From Eledone cirrhosa (Eukaryota): a stretch of DNA of 64,000 bases. A model generated the notes under the pieces. The model had not been told where the DNA came from. It ran no database searches and worked only from the letters and a program-made list of their open reading frames with translations. A program made the position numbers and the translations under genes. This document shows, in pieces, positions 27,801 through 41,463 of the stretch; position 1 is the stretch's first letter, and the number at the start of each line of letters is the position of its first letter. The stretch covers positions 40,238,001 to 40,302,000 of the forward strand of contig OZ024752.1 of assembly GCA_964016885.1 (NCBI GenBank), in the 5' to 3' direction.

Positions 27801-30800
27801 TTATGAAGTTTGTTTTGCAACCATGTGGTTACTAGTTCGATATCAATACACAACACCTTCAGCAAGTATCTTCTACCATAGCTTAGGTCAATCAATATCT
27901 TGTGAATGAAAATTGGTAAACAGAAATGACACATAAGTCTGTTTTATGTCTGTGCAAATATATATGTATATATATACACACACACACACACACACTTATA
28001 TCAATCATGAGGTTGTGAGTTTGATTCCTGGACCAGGAAGATGTTTATATCTCATTCTCACTTCAGTTCTCTTACTCCCTGTCCTTCTCCGGAAGAAAAC
28101 TGCTGTTACTACTACTAACTACTACTACTACTGCTACTGCTACTAACAATGACGACTATTTCTACTATAAAATGCATCCACTTCTTTGTGGTGACATGAT
28201 AAAACCTTTCCATTTCAAAATCCAACATTAACTGCCTCAGTTCTTCACTGGATAATTCTGTACCTTCCTCAATGAGTCTCTTCGATGTCTTGAGAGGTCT
28301 TCTGTGTTTGTGTTTCTCATTAGTGGCCTTCCATAGTAAAAGTTTAAGTAGCAGGTTTGTTACTTATCATCATCATTTTAATGTCTGCTTTCCCTGCTAG
28401 CAAGGGTTGGATAAGTCCACACAAACCAAGTCAGTATTGAAGCAGAGCCACTGATCTCCCAGACAGACCAATGATATGTGTCTTGTTTATGTACAGTTTC
28501 ACATTCCACCGAGTGTTCAGGAGAGGTTGCCATGCCTTTGATACAATTATGGATCCTACCAACCCTTTGTTTGGCAAAATTTCAATGGCTGGATGCCCTT
28601 TCTATCACTATATATATATATTTCTCTGTAATTTCATATGTATAGTCATTTATAATCCTATTTTAAGAAATCTCATATGTTCAAAAAACATAGAGCTGTC
28701 ATAATTATTATATTTACATATTAGAGCACAGAAACTATCTTTGGTTAAGATACGGCTTTTAGGAAGAAATCTGATTAACTGACAAATTATTTCATAATGA
28801 TTTTAATAGCAGTTGGACTGCTATAGATTAGTAATCAATACTTTTTGGTAAACTCACTAAACAAGATTTAGATTAAATGTGTGATGTATCACTGTTGGGA
28901 TAACAATTTGGTACAGCAGATAAAAAAACAAATAGCTGTATGCTTAATTTGAAATATTTCTTGAAAAAAAAAATCAACAAAATATTATTTACCTCGCTTT
29001 GTTCGGCTGGTTGTATGTTTGCTTTCATACTCTACCTGACTTCGAGTTTTCAGCAAAAATGGTATCATGTTATAGCAAAGATTGAAGTTCAGGTTATTTT
29101 CGTTGTCCATTTTTTGGCAGGTAGTTATCATTGAATCAAAGGAATTAGACCAACTTTCCTAAACCAGAAAAATAATGATAAAAATAAGGGTTTTTGAATT
29201 AGGCACAAGGCCAACAATTTTGGGAGAGGGGAAAAATCAATTAAATTTAATCCAATGTATTACTAGTATTTTATTTTATCGATCATAAGGATTTCAAATT
29301 AGAACGCAAGGGGCCGTAACTCTATGCCGCAAAGCATTTTGTCTGACACTCTACTGGTATTACCAATTAATTGAGAAAATCAAGATAAATCTTTTCACTA
29401 AAAGTTATTTTCAGTACCAAGTTTTACGAACAAACACTAACGTACTTTAGGAATGGCTTTTCTATCCACATGATTCCAAGTTTCAACAAAAAGACCAACT
29501 TTTTTTAGATCATCTTCTGTCATCATTGGTAGTTTATTCCTGAAATTTGGTAAAAATCAACAATATAAGAAATTTAGGAAATATGTTTTTCTACTTATCC
29601 TTTCTAAGGATAAGTTCTTTATAATTATAGAACCTCTCATTATTATTTTGTTGCTGCTGTTGTTATTAGGGAAATCGGTAAATAAAGAATAATCTAAACT
29701 AAAAATAGCTTGAAATGTTTTATGCATTAGCTTCTGTAATTAGTTTAAAAAGAAAAGAAAAACAGTCGAAAACAGGTATAACTACATAATAACTGATTTA
29801 AAATACAAACCAACAAAGGAGCCCCTACATTGTTGTTTGACCTGCTGGAAACAGCAGACAAATCAACCTCAAATTACACAGTATCTTTAAAATGTAAGGA
29901 AACATTACATAATGTAGTCATATTTAAATAAGACAGGATGTCAAGATTGAAACACCTTTGAATATAGGCCTGCTTGAGGTCTAATTTGGGCTTAAACAAC
30001 AACAATGCTTGTAATTATTGGTTTGTAACAAAAATTATAGAGCAAATAAGTGAATATATCCTATGAATATATAAAACGATATATATTATATGCAAGAATT
30101 TGAGTCAGAGACAAATCTACAATATCTGATATCAATTTGTATAAATAACATTTCAAATTGTTTATAATTCTTACAGAATGAAAATATAAATATTGACAAT
30201 ATAAACATAAATATTATATACAGTAAATTATGGCTAGGACCCTTATAAATATAATACACAAACATATATAATCAAAGTGAAGAAACAGAACAAAAAAAAC
30301 CTATTAATTCATCAGTGTGTACATCAATCTGTCACACACCACAAGAGTAATTCTTTTTGTATTTTAATCTTGCCATTGTTACATTTCTTTCTTGCCAGAC
30401 ATGTCAGTCATTAAAATATGTTTAAAAATCTTTCCAATTACTGAATTTGTTGAATAGAACCAACATTACTTACTTATATATATTAAACAGTTTCTTTCCT
30501 GTAAAGTTCATTTCTTCATCATTATGAATGTAGAACTGGAGAACGGATGCCCAAGATAGCAGCTGATTTGCTGTTACATTGCGAATGTCATTAAGTATGA
30601 TGTAATTCAGAAGATTGCCAAGCTCTGATAATTCGATTTTTTTTTTCAAAACCAACTAAAAGAAAGGAAAAGAAAAACATATATCATCATCATCATCGCA
30701 TAAACGGTAGCTTTCCATGCTAGAAAGGTCTGGAGGATTCTACATAGACCAAGTATATATATATATTCATTTCATTTTACGTCCACTTTTCCCAGCTTGC

Positions 30801-30965
30801 AAGGGAGGGACGGCAACTGATTCTGGCTTGATTTCTACAGCTGGATGCCCTTCCTAACACCAACCTCATTTACAATGAGTGGTGGGTGCTTTTTTGCCGT
30901 GGCACCTCCATGACCACTTTGCTGTGGAATGATATGGACCCCAGTCCCTATCATCTCATTTCTAC

Positions 30966-31021
<56 letters not shown>

Positions 31022-34000
31022 TTATATCTTATGAAAAATACTGTCTATGTAGCTCCAAATCAATCATTATCGCATAATTATCAAAAGCACTCGTAAAAGT
31101 GCAAATACTTTTAAACATTATTGTGATATTATCATTTTAGCATCAGACTTTTAAACAAACTTATAATTTTTTTATGTTTTGACAAACATTTCCTAAAATA
31201 ATACTTCTTTCGAACCCAAGACACATAATTAAAACACAAATTCCTATCACCAAGCTACATTCTTCCCCCTAAAACAAGGCATTTATCAACCATTCAAGTC
31301 AAATTGCCTGCTTGAACTTATAACTTGCTATCTGTTCACTTTCCTGACATTTGTACATTATTCTATGTACTATACATGCACCTTTGATGAGTTGTAGTGC
31401 ACCTGAGCACTGTACACAATAATTTCATTATTATTATTATCATTATTATTTCATTATTATCTTGTGAAGTCTTTGGGTGAGATTTGGAGTCTGTTTGTAC
31501 AAACACAAAGCAAAATCCAATCATCTAAATAATAATAATAATTGTTTCTACTTTAGGCACAAGGCCAGCAATTACCCAGTGCATTACTGGTACTTTATTT
31601 TATCGACCCCGTAAGGATGAAAGGCAAAGTCAACCTCGGCGGGATTTGAACTCAGATCGTAAAGGGACGTAACTATGCTGGAAAGCATGGCGTCCGACTC
31701 TCCACCGATACTGCCAATCCAATAATAATAATTACTAATTTTAGCTTAAACTCAGCAAATCTGGGTAAAGGGCAAAGTTTATTTAATCAACCCAGTACTT
31801 AACTATTACTTTATCTTATCAACCACAGAAGAAAGGAAGACAAAGCTGACTTCAGTGTAATTTAAACTCTCCAATTTAAACTCAGAACATGAAGAGCTAG
31901 AATAAATACCATAAAATATTTTGTCCAATGCTCTAATGGAGTCTGCCAATAATAATTGTTTCTACTTTAGGCACAAGGCCAACAATTACTCCAGTACATT
32001 ACTGGTACTTTATTTTATTGACCCCGTGAGGATGAAAGGCAAAGCTCACATTGGCGGGATTTGAACTCAGAACGTAAAGGGATTTAACTCTATACTGCAA
32101 AGCATGCTCTACCGATACTGCCAAGCCATCGCCATTAATTTTATGTGACTCAGCTGCCCCCAAACATCTTGAATGCCACAAGTTGAACAAAATTCTTTGT
32201 AGATAATTCTTGGTATTTTAGAATTTTATTCCGTTTGGCTGTGGATACAGCAATCAACACCTTTACCACAACATCCAATTGAAAGTTTTGATATTTGTAA
32301 TCAAAATTTAATTTAATTGAAATTGAGAATAATATAATTTTAAATTTCGCAAATACTTTGAAATATTGGTAAGGTTACCTTTATGCAATATTTTGTCAAA
32401 TGCCTAGCTTCTTCTTCAGGAATTTTCCTTAAGTCACTCGCACCAATCAATTTACACAAATGTATCTTCTTTTCAATAGGTAAATTTAATTTTTTCAGAT
32501 CACTGAAAGGTGAAAGAAAAAAAAAAATTCAATACTTGCTTTTTGATTTCCACTAATGTTTAAGTTTATATCTATCAAAGTTGTTTTATTGTTAGATTTA
32601 ATGTAAATAATCTCTTTTTATCATTGCCAATGTCACTATCACTTCTTGTCATCATCAGTAAGATTGGCAGCAAAGGTAGTAGCAACAGCTTAAACCCCCC
32701 TTTCACAATTACGATGAAGATAGTACAGATTTTTATAATAGAACAATCAACTTCTTGATCACCTTCATTGTGACTCCAAGTCTACCTCAGTCCACTCTAG
32801 GCTCTGTTTCTTTTTTCTGCTGCCATCTCAAACTAGTTAGTTACTATGTTGATATTTATCTGTCTTTCTTACACAGTCTCTCTCTCTCTCACTATATTTC
32901 TCTCTTAACATTTCGTATGGGAAAAATAGTTTCAGTTTATGAACATTTCGGGTGACAAGTAACCTTCAGGAATGAAGTAAGTTTGTGAACCAAGGTTCCA
33001 ATGTATATGCCTCTTACAGTTTACTTTCTTGTGCACCTTTCATTTCATCTTCCTACTTATGCATACCCCAAAGACTGCCTTCTTCTGTATTTATTCTTAT
33101 AGTCTATCCACTATAGTTTGTCTACTTATGGTCTGTTTTGATAGACATCCCTTATAATATTCCCTTTCTTAGGTATCCTATACAATATCACATCACCTAG
33201 ACATCCTACACAGCATCACATGTCTTAGACATTATTAATAATATCCCCCGTCTAAGATAACCTTCATAGAAGATGATGAACAACAAGATCCCAGACCTTA
33301 TTTGCTTGCTGAGTTGGGGTGGAACTCATCAAACTGAACTAAGGAAAGCAATGTTTCCATAGCTGATAATATCTACTGGTTGCAACTCCTGACAGAAAGA
33401 TCAACATGAAATAAAGTGTCTTACTCAAGGACATAACACATCGCCCAGTCTGGGAATCAAACTTGCGTGCCTTCACAACCTTTATAATATCATATTTCAT
33501 TGTTTCTCCCTTCTTACACATACACTGCATATAACCTAGCTGTCTTTGCTAGAGAGGAAACACTTCGTCTCTCAACAATACAAACATGAAGTTGAATATC
33601 AAGTCACATACAAGAACACATTTAAAATTACAAAATGTACTCCAGAGTAAAATATAAAATATATCTGATACAAAACATGTTTACCTAGTATTGGTGTACT
33701 TCAGAAGGCACGATATTTTCCATAAAAATTTGGTTTTCTTTTCTTTTTTCATTTCAAACAACTTCTCTTGTACAATTTTTTTAGCAAGTAACTTTTCCTG
33801 GCAAAACAAAATCAATAATATGTTTAATGTTTTGAAAGATAAACTTTATTCACAATTGTATAAATAATGTTACAAATTGTTTATAATTCTTACAGAATGA
33901 TAATATAAACACAAATTATATATACAATTAATTATTGCTAGGAACCTTATAAAAATATATAATCAAAGCAAGAGATAAAAACAAAACAAAAAACAAACAT

Positions 34001-36703
34001 CACAACAATAAGTACATCAATTGGTCACACACCACATGGTTCATTGGAAATTTTTGAGGCAAGCCAAAGTAAATATTTAAATGGTATACATCATACAGAA
34101 TGGGGTCGTTCCGAAGGACTGGCGTAGCAGCATCATCATTAACTGCTACAAGGGTAAAGGAGATGCCCTAGATAGTGGTAACTATAGAGGCATTAAATTA
34201 ATCGACCAGGTCATGAAGGTCACAGAAAAAGTAATAGTGCAACTAATCAGAGAACGAATTGATCTAGATGAAATGCAGTTCGAGTTTGTGTCAGGTAAAA
34301 GTACCACAGACGCTCTTTTCATTGTACGACAACTACAGGAGAAGTCCCTAGCTAAAAGTAAACCCCTATACTTAGCTTTTGTCGACTTGGAGAAAGCCTT
34401 TGACAGAGTCCCCCGCTCCATTATCTGGTGGGCTCTTAGAAAACTAGGTGTTGATGAATGGCTTGTGAGAGCTATACAAGCCATGTATAAAGAAACAGTC
34501 AGCAAGGTTAGAATTAACAACGAATATAGTGAAGAGTTTAGCGTAAAAGTTGGTGTTCATCAGGGCTCCGTTCTTATCCCCCTACTATTTATTATTGCCC
34601 TTCAGGCTATAACAGAGGAGTTCAAGACCGGCTGCCCATGGGAACTCCTATATGCAGATGATCTAACGCTCATAGCTGAATCAATGGCTGAACTAGAGAA
34701 GAAATTCCAAACATGGAAGCATGGCCTAGAATCAAAAGGCCTTAAAGTTAACTTGTCTAAGACTAAAGTTCAAGTTTGTAGGAAGGAAAATAGGGCACCG
34801 GTCCCATCTGGGAAATGGCCATGCTCAGTGTGTAGGAAAAGAGTAGGCAGAAACTCCATTTTATGTCCCAAATGCAAAGTATGGGTGCATAAAAGATGTA
34901 GTGGGATCACAGGTAAGCTAACTAAGAATATAGATTTTATATGTGGCCGGTGCTCTGGTGCAATAAGTAGCAGCAAGTGCCCACAGAATACTAGCTCATT
35001 CCATTGCACAGATGGTTCTATAGAAATAGTGGACACCTTCCATTACCTGGGTGACAAAATCAGCAGTGGGGGAGTGTGCTCTGAAAGTACAGTAGCTAGA
35101 GTCAGAACAGGATGGAAAAAGTTCAGAGAGCTTATACCACTATTGGCCGCTAAAGGGTTCTCTCTAAAAATGAGAGGCAGGCTGTATGATGCCTGCATAC
35201 GAACAGCAATGTTACATGGCAGTGAGACCTGGGCATTGTGTGCAGAGGATATATGCAGACTCGAGAGGAATGTAGCTTGCATGCTCCGCTGGATGTGTAA
35301 TAGTAATATACGTGAACGGCAAAGCATAAACGAACTAAGGGAGAAATTAGGAATAAGAGGGATCAGATGTTGTTTACTCAAGAGAAGACTACATTGGTAC
35401 GGTCACGTGATGCGCATGAAAGACGACAGCTGTATAAAAAAGTGCAGGGCGATAAAAATAGACGGTAGCTACGGAGTAGGCAGACCCAGAAAAACCTGGG
35501 ACGACTTCATAAATTCCAACCTCACACACTTACACCTCTCCAAGACAATGTCACTGGACCGAGATCTTTGGCGCTACACAGTAATACAGAAGACCCGCCT
35601 TGCCTAAGTACAAAGCGAAACCTACTACAGTCAGTAGGCACCTCTAACAAAAATACACCCCTGTCCCACAACCCCCACCCCATCCACACCACCCCCTTCA
35701 ATGTGAAGTTATGTTGGTACCACAACATCCAGTCCGAAACAAATGAGGTCGTGTAGGTGTCATGACAAAAAAACACACAGTCCATGCTGTAATGTGGCCG
35801 TGTAGGTAACACGGTAAAAACCTCCCAGTTCTATACTGTAAACGTGGTTGGTGTTAGGAAGGGCATCCAGCCGTAGAAAACTCCCCAGACAGTCCTATAG
35901 GAGCAGGACAACCAAATCTTGCCTCAAGTGGGAAAACTCCCGTCCAAACCCATGCAAGCGTGGAAGATGGATGTTAAACGATGATGATGATGATGATGAT
36001 GATGATGATATACAAAAATTTCAGTACTAGACTGGTACTTTTTTTTATCAACTTCGAATGGATGAAAGGAAAAGTTGACCTCAGCAGGATTTGAACTCAG
36101 AGTGCAGGGAGTCAAAACAACTACTGCAAATCATTTATCCCATGTTCTAATGACTCTGCCAATTCACTGCCTTTTCTTTACTCTTACTTAATTTTATTGA
36201 CTTTGAACGGATGAGAGATAAAGTTGACCTTAAAGGGATTTGAACTCAGAATATAAAAGGCTATAACTAAATACTGTAAGGTATTTTGACTGATGTTTTA
36301 AGGATTCTACCAATATGATAATATATACAGTGCACATCAACACTATAAAAGGGATGTATGAGCTGTGGAGAAAAATAATTGTTTCTGATTTAGGTACAAG
36401 GCCAACAATTTTAGGAAGAGGAGAAATCAATTAAACCGACCCCAGTACATTACTGGTGCTTTATTTTATCCATCCCGTAAAGATGAAAGGCAAAGCTAAC
36501 TCTAGCAGTATTTGAACTTAGAACGTATAGGGCTGTAACTCTCTGCAAAGCATGTTGTCCAACTCTCTATCAATACTACCAATCCACCATGGAGAAAAAT
36601 AAATTCACAAAGTGAAGAAATTATCACTGTAAACATTTGTGAATGTATGGAAATTTATAATAAACAAGTCTCACCCTTGCAAGCAGGGAAAACCGGACGT
36701 AAA

Positions 36704-36735
<32 letters not shown>

Positions 36736-39700
36736 TAACAAGATACCAAAAATTGAAATAGAAAAACTCATAAAAAGCATACAAACAGAAAATAAAATAA
36801 GATAACTGACTACACATAAAAAAGATGATCCAGTACAAACCAATGTACTCATTACAACAGAACTAACTACATACAAAATACAAAAGATAGAAAACAACTT
36901 AAAATGAGCCATTGAAATAGTCAAAAATATTATTGAAAGCCCCTTAACCCTTTAGCATTTACATTACTCTATATATACTATTATATTTTTATGGTAAACA
37001 CTTTATTTCACATAATTATCTCACATAATATTGAATCTATGAGATTTTGATATTATTTATTTTGAGAACAATACCTTAACATAAGTATGAGTGGCCAGTT
37101 ACAGCCGGTTTGAACAGAAATAGGTGAGAGGATCTTAACCGGATATGGCTGGTTTAAATGCTAAAGGGTTAAAGAAACAAAGCAGTACACCAAATAAAAA
37201 TAAACACAAAGAATAAATAAATAAAAATAAACACAAAGAATAAATAAATAAAAATAAACACAAAGAATAAATAAATAAAAATAAACACAAAGAATAAATA
37301 AAGAAAAATAAACACAAAGAATAAATAAATAAAAATAAACACAAAGAATAAATAAATAAAAATAAACACAAAGAATAAATAAATTAAAATAAATACAAAG
37401 AATAAATAAATAAAAATAAACACAAAGAATAAATAAAGAAAAATAAACACAAAGAATAAATAAAGAAAAATAAACACAAAGAATAAATAAAGAAAAATAA
37501 ACACAAAGAATAAATAAAGAAAAATAAACACAAAGAATAAATAAAGAAAAATAAACACAAAGAATAAATAAAGAAAAATAAACACAAAGAATAAATAAAG
37601 AAAAATAAACACAAAGAATAAATAAAGAAAAATAAACACAAAGAATAAATAAAGAAAAATAAACACAAAGAATAAATAAAGAAAAATAAACACAAAGAAT
37701 AAATAAAGAAAATGGAAAATGAGGAAGACCACAGAAGTTCAAATGGAAATATTTAACATAAATTGAATTATTAAACTTTATTCTACAAATTTCAATTCGA
37801 TCATATGATAAATGCAATAGAAATAGATAAAGAAAAAGAAAAAAATGAATAACTTAAGAAAAAGGAGGAGGGACTGGCAGCCTCTAAACTGCAGATTTGG
37901 CAATATACTTCAGTTATTCCCTGCTGACAAAATGGTAAAGACATTGCCACAGAAAACAGCCAGTAACACCTATTGCATCAGCCACTCCACCTCACAGGGA
38001 TTCTTCCTCTGGTAGGATGCAAAGGAAAACAGCAGTTCGTGGGACAAGGACACTAAAGGTCTTGTCAGCAACTAACATGAAAAAGAAGCAGTTGTCAGTC
38101 AAGTTTTGGTATTTGGCAATTTTCCTTGCCCTTGCGTTAAGGACGGCAATACCTGGGCTTTTGGCCAATATTTAACAAATTATGCAGCTACCATAAAAAT
38201 ATACCCTTAACTCTACAAAATATGAAAACATATCACAACAGAGAAACCATTGAATGGATCTAACAAAGATAATAAAGAAAATATATAAAAATTGATGAAC
38301 ATGGAGCAACCAAAACAATTGCCCAAGTTAGAAAATAACAAGCAGCTGTATGAAGAATAATTAAATATAACAGGAAACTCTCTGTCCATGGAAACTAACA
38401 ACACAAATATCAACAGACTGAATGATAATGCTGGCAGTAATTGCTCTGATGGGTATAGAGAGGATAACACAGAGAACTACTTCAGTATTACCTCTATCAA
38501 ATTACAACGTGCAGAGAATATTTAGTTGATCTACTACTAGAATTATTTCCTGAAGTAAATCAATGATTTAGCTATTGATTTAGCTATTGGTTAAGTGATT
38601 GAAATGTCATGATAAAAAACACCCAGTTCACACTGTAAAATGGTTGTGTAGGCAACAGGGAAAAAGCACCCAGCACACACTGTAAATCTGGTTGGCGTTA
38701 GGAAGGGCATCCAGCCATAGAAACCAAGCCAAAATCAGTTCTGTATGAGCGAATCACAGTCCCCCAACCTGATCCATCACAAAGGGACAACCCGTCCTAC
38801 CCATGCTAACATGGAAGATGGATGTTAAACGATGGTGGTTAGAGAATTGGATTCACACTCGTGAGGTTGCGAGTTTGATTCTTGGACCAGCCAATGCGCT
38901 GTGTCCTTGAACAAGACACTTTATTTCATGTAGCCCTTTCTGCCAAGTTGTGACCGGCAGATAGTATCAGCAATGAGATTAAGGATAGTGGTTAAACAAG
39001 TGAATAATTGAAATATGTGTTCATAGGAATAAGAAGAGTTGCTTATAGATTAAGAATTCAAATTTGAAGCAAGAATTTCTTGTTTGCTTTCATAAATCAC
39101 TTTATTTAACTTACTCTGAATTATCTCAATCTATCCAGCAATTGACAATCAGTACCACCAGACTGGAATTGTTATTTACAAATAGACTGATATATAATCT
39201 TGGTGAATATTTATTTGTCAAATGTTTCATGCTATTAAACTGGGAGTTTAAGTACTGACTCTTAAAACAAAAATTAAATTTGGTAATGATTATAATTCTT
39301 ACCACTCTAGAACTCATCACATCCTCATGCTGGCAGATTACACTCGCTAAAGTTAGTAATTGGTAATTTTTTAGGTTTTTAATGTCATTTTCTCGCAATA
39401 AAGAAATCATTTTGCCAAGTTTCTGGGGCATTGTAGCTGTAATGTTTCGAAGTACTTCATGGCATTTCTTGTAAACAATAATTTTCTGTCAAAAATAAAA
39501 GATGAAAATATATTTAATATATATAGTATGGTTAAATTGCTGCCATTAACTTAATTTAAGGACTTTTAAAGAAAAGTACATATTGAATATATAGCTGTTG
39601 TTATTTAGTCCCAGGTTATCTCTAATCTATTTAACCTGTAATTAAATACATTTCAACCATGACAATCCTATCTTTTTTTCTGACAGTAGTAAGAAACTCT

Positions 39701-41424
39701 CAGGAGAGCTGGACAGCAGAAGATCTTCAAAGAAGAACCTCACCCCCTCACACCCACTCATGCAAGTGTTTCAGCCCTTGACATATTGTTCCACAGATTA
39801 CATTATCCAATCAGTCCTTCTCTGAGATGGTAGGATTTGGTTTCAGGGAAATTTTGTTGTTATTTCTACCAGATCAAATGATTCAGCAGAGGTTCCCTTG
39901 TAAGATTTGCTGCTAATGCTCAGTAAATATGTTTGTTTCACATGTGTAACAAAATCCCAACATATATGATATGGTATGGACCTGTAACTCCTAAGGGAGT
40001 TGTAAGGATACCATATTGACATATAGTGTTTCTTAGGGCAGATCTAAGTTGTCATAACTGGATACCATAAAAATCATTCAATCTGAAAGCTTAAATCCTA
40101 AGGCTACAACTATCAATTAATACTTTGAGCAACATTTTGATGATGGAACTTACTTTTACTTCAGTTAAATTCAAAATCTGAAGGTCTGGTAGCATACTGC
40201 ATAATATTTTGGATGGCATTTTCAAGATTCGCTGGAAAGGTACTTTGTTGAAAAAGGTTATATTGGGCAATGTTGTTGCATTCTGGTTGTTTAATATCTG
40301 GAATTACATAATAGAATGTTAGATGAATTAAAAGAATACAATTTTCTCAGACAAATACATAATGTAAAGCAATTGCTTTACTGATTTACATTAAAAGTTG
40401 AAGTAACATACTTTTATTCTTTAACTGCTTTCAGTCATCAAACTCTGCCAATGAAGGTCTTTTTTGTTTTTTTACCAGCCGTAGAAAGCTTGTCAAATGA
40501 GGGGTTAAGAGGATCCTTCAGTTTGTGTCAAAAGGCATGACAACTTTTCCTCTGCACTTGATAATGACTGTATATAAGTGGGATACATACCTCCCCAGCC
40601 TGTCTGGGGTGTCAGAGGCCCTGCTTCAACACTGACTTGGTCTATGTAGATCTGTCCAACCCTTGTTAGCAGGGAAAGCAGATGTTCAATGGAGATGATT
40701 TCTCTGTGTTTTTAAGATGCATTAAACTGTTTTATTATCCATATATTTTACCAACATACTCTATTTGGTAATTTAAATAAAATGGAAGAGACTGCTCTTA
40801 AAATTAAAGGAACAAAATAAAACCTACTACTTACTTCTTTTAATAATTTCAGTTCCAAGTCCTTCACTTTGGAAGCCTTCTTTCGTATTTGGATGTTTGT
40901 TTGATTAGAGTTTGTCTTTGAATCGTTTTTAATCAGAACATCAGAGTATAAAATGATGTTCATAGGTAAATCATCGAGAAACATTTTCATCTCATTTATA
41001 TCTTGGTTTGACTGGGAATCAGAATAAAAGCAAATTAAAATCCATAACTTACAATGGTAGGATTTTTATTCATTTATATACTCCCTCATATGCACAAAAA
41101 TCTGTTTACATGACTACATTATGATTTTCCCCTCACTATCATGTACAGAGACATAACTAGAGAAAATAGTGCCAATGGCAAACTGTAACATTGCATCCAT
41201 CCCTGCCAAACATAATAATTTATATAAATGGTTTAACGATCCTGCCAACATAGTGCTTCTCACCCATGATAATCAAAGTCAAATCATACAGCTGAAGAAG
41301 TTTCTCTTTTCATTTGTATTTTATCTGATGAAAGCGCACCATAATTTGCCTTGGTTGCCCTTGAAATATGTATAATAAAATAAATATGGTTTTATAAATA
41401 TAGTTTCCATTTATTAATATATTG

Positions 41425-41463
<39 letters not shown>

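Noticed and set aside
37135-37817. Hydrophobic membrane-like ORFs
   Set aside because: Translation of the 27-bp satellite
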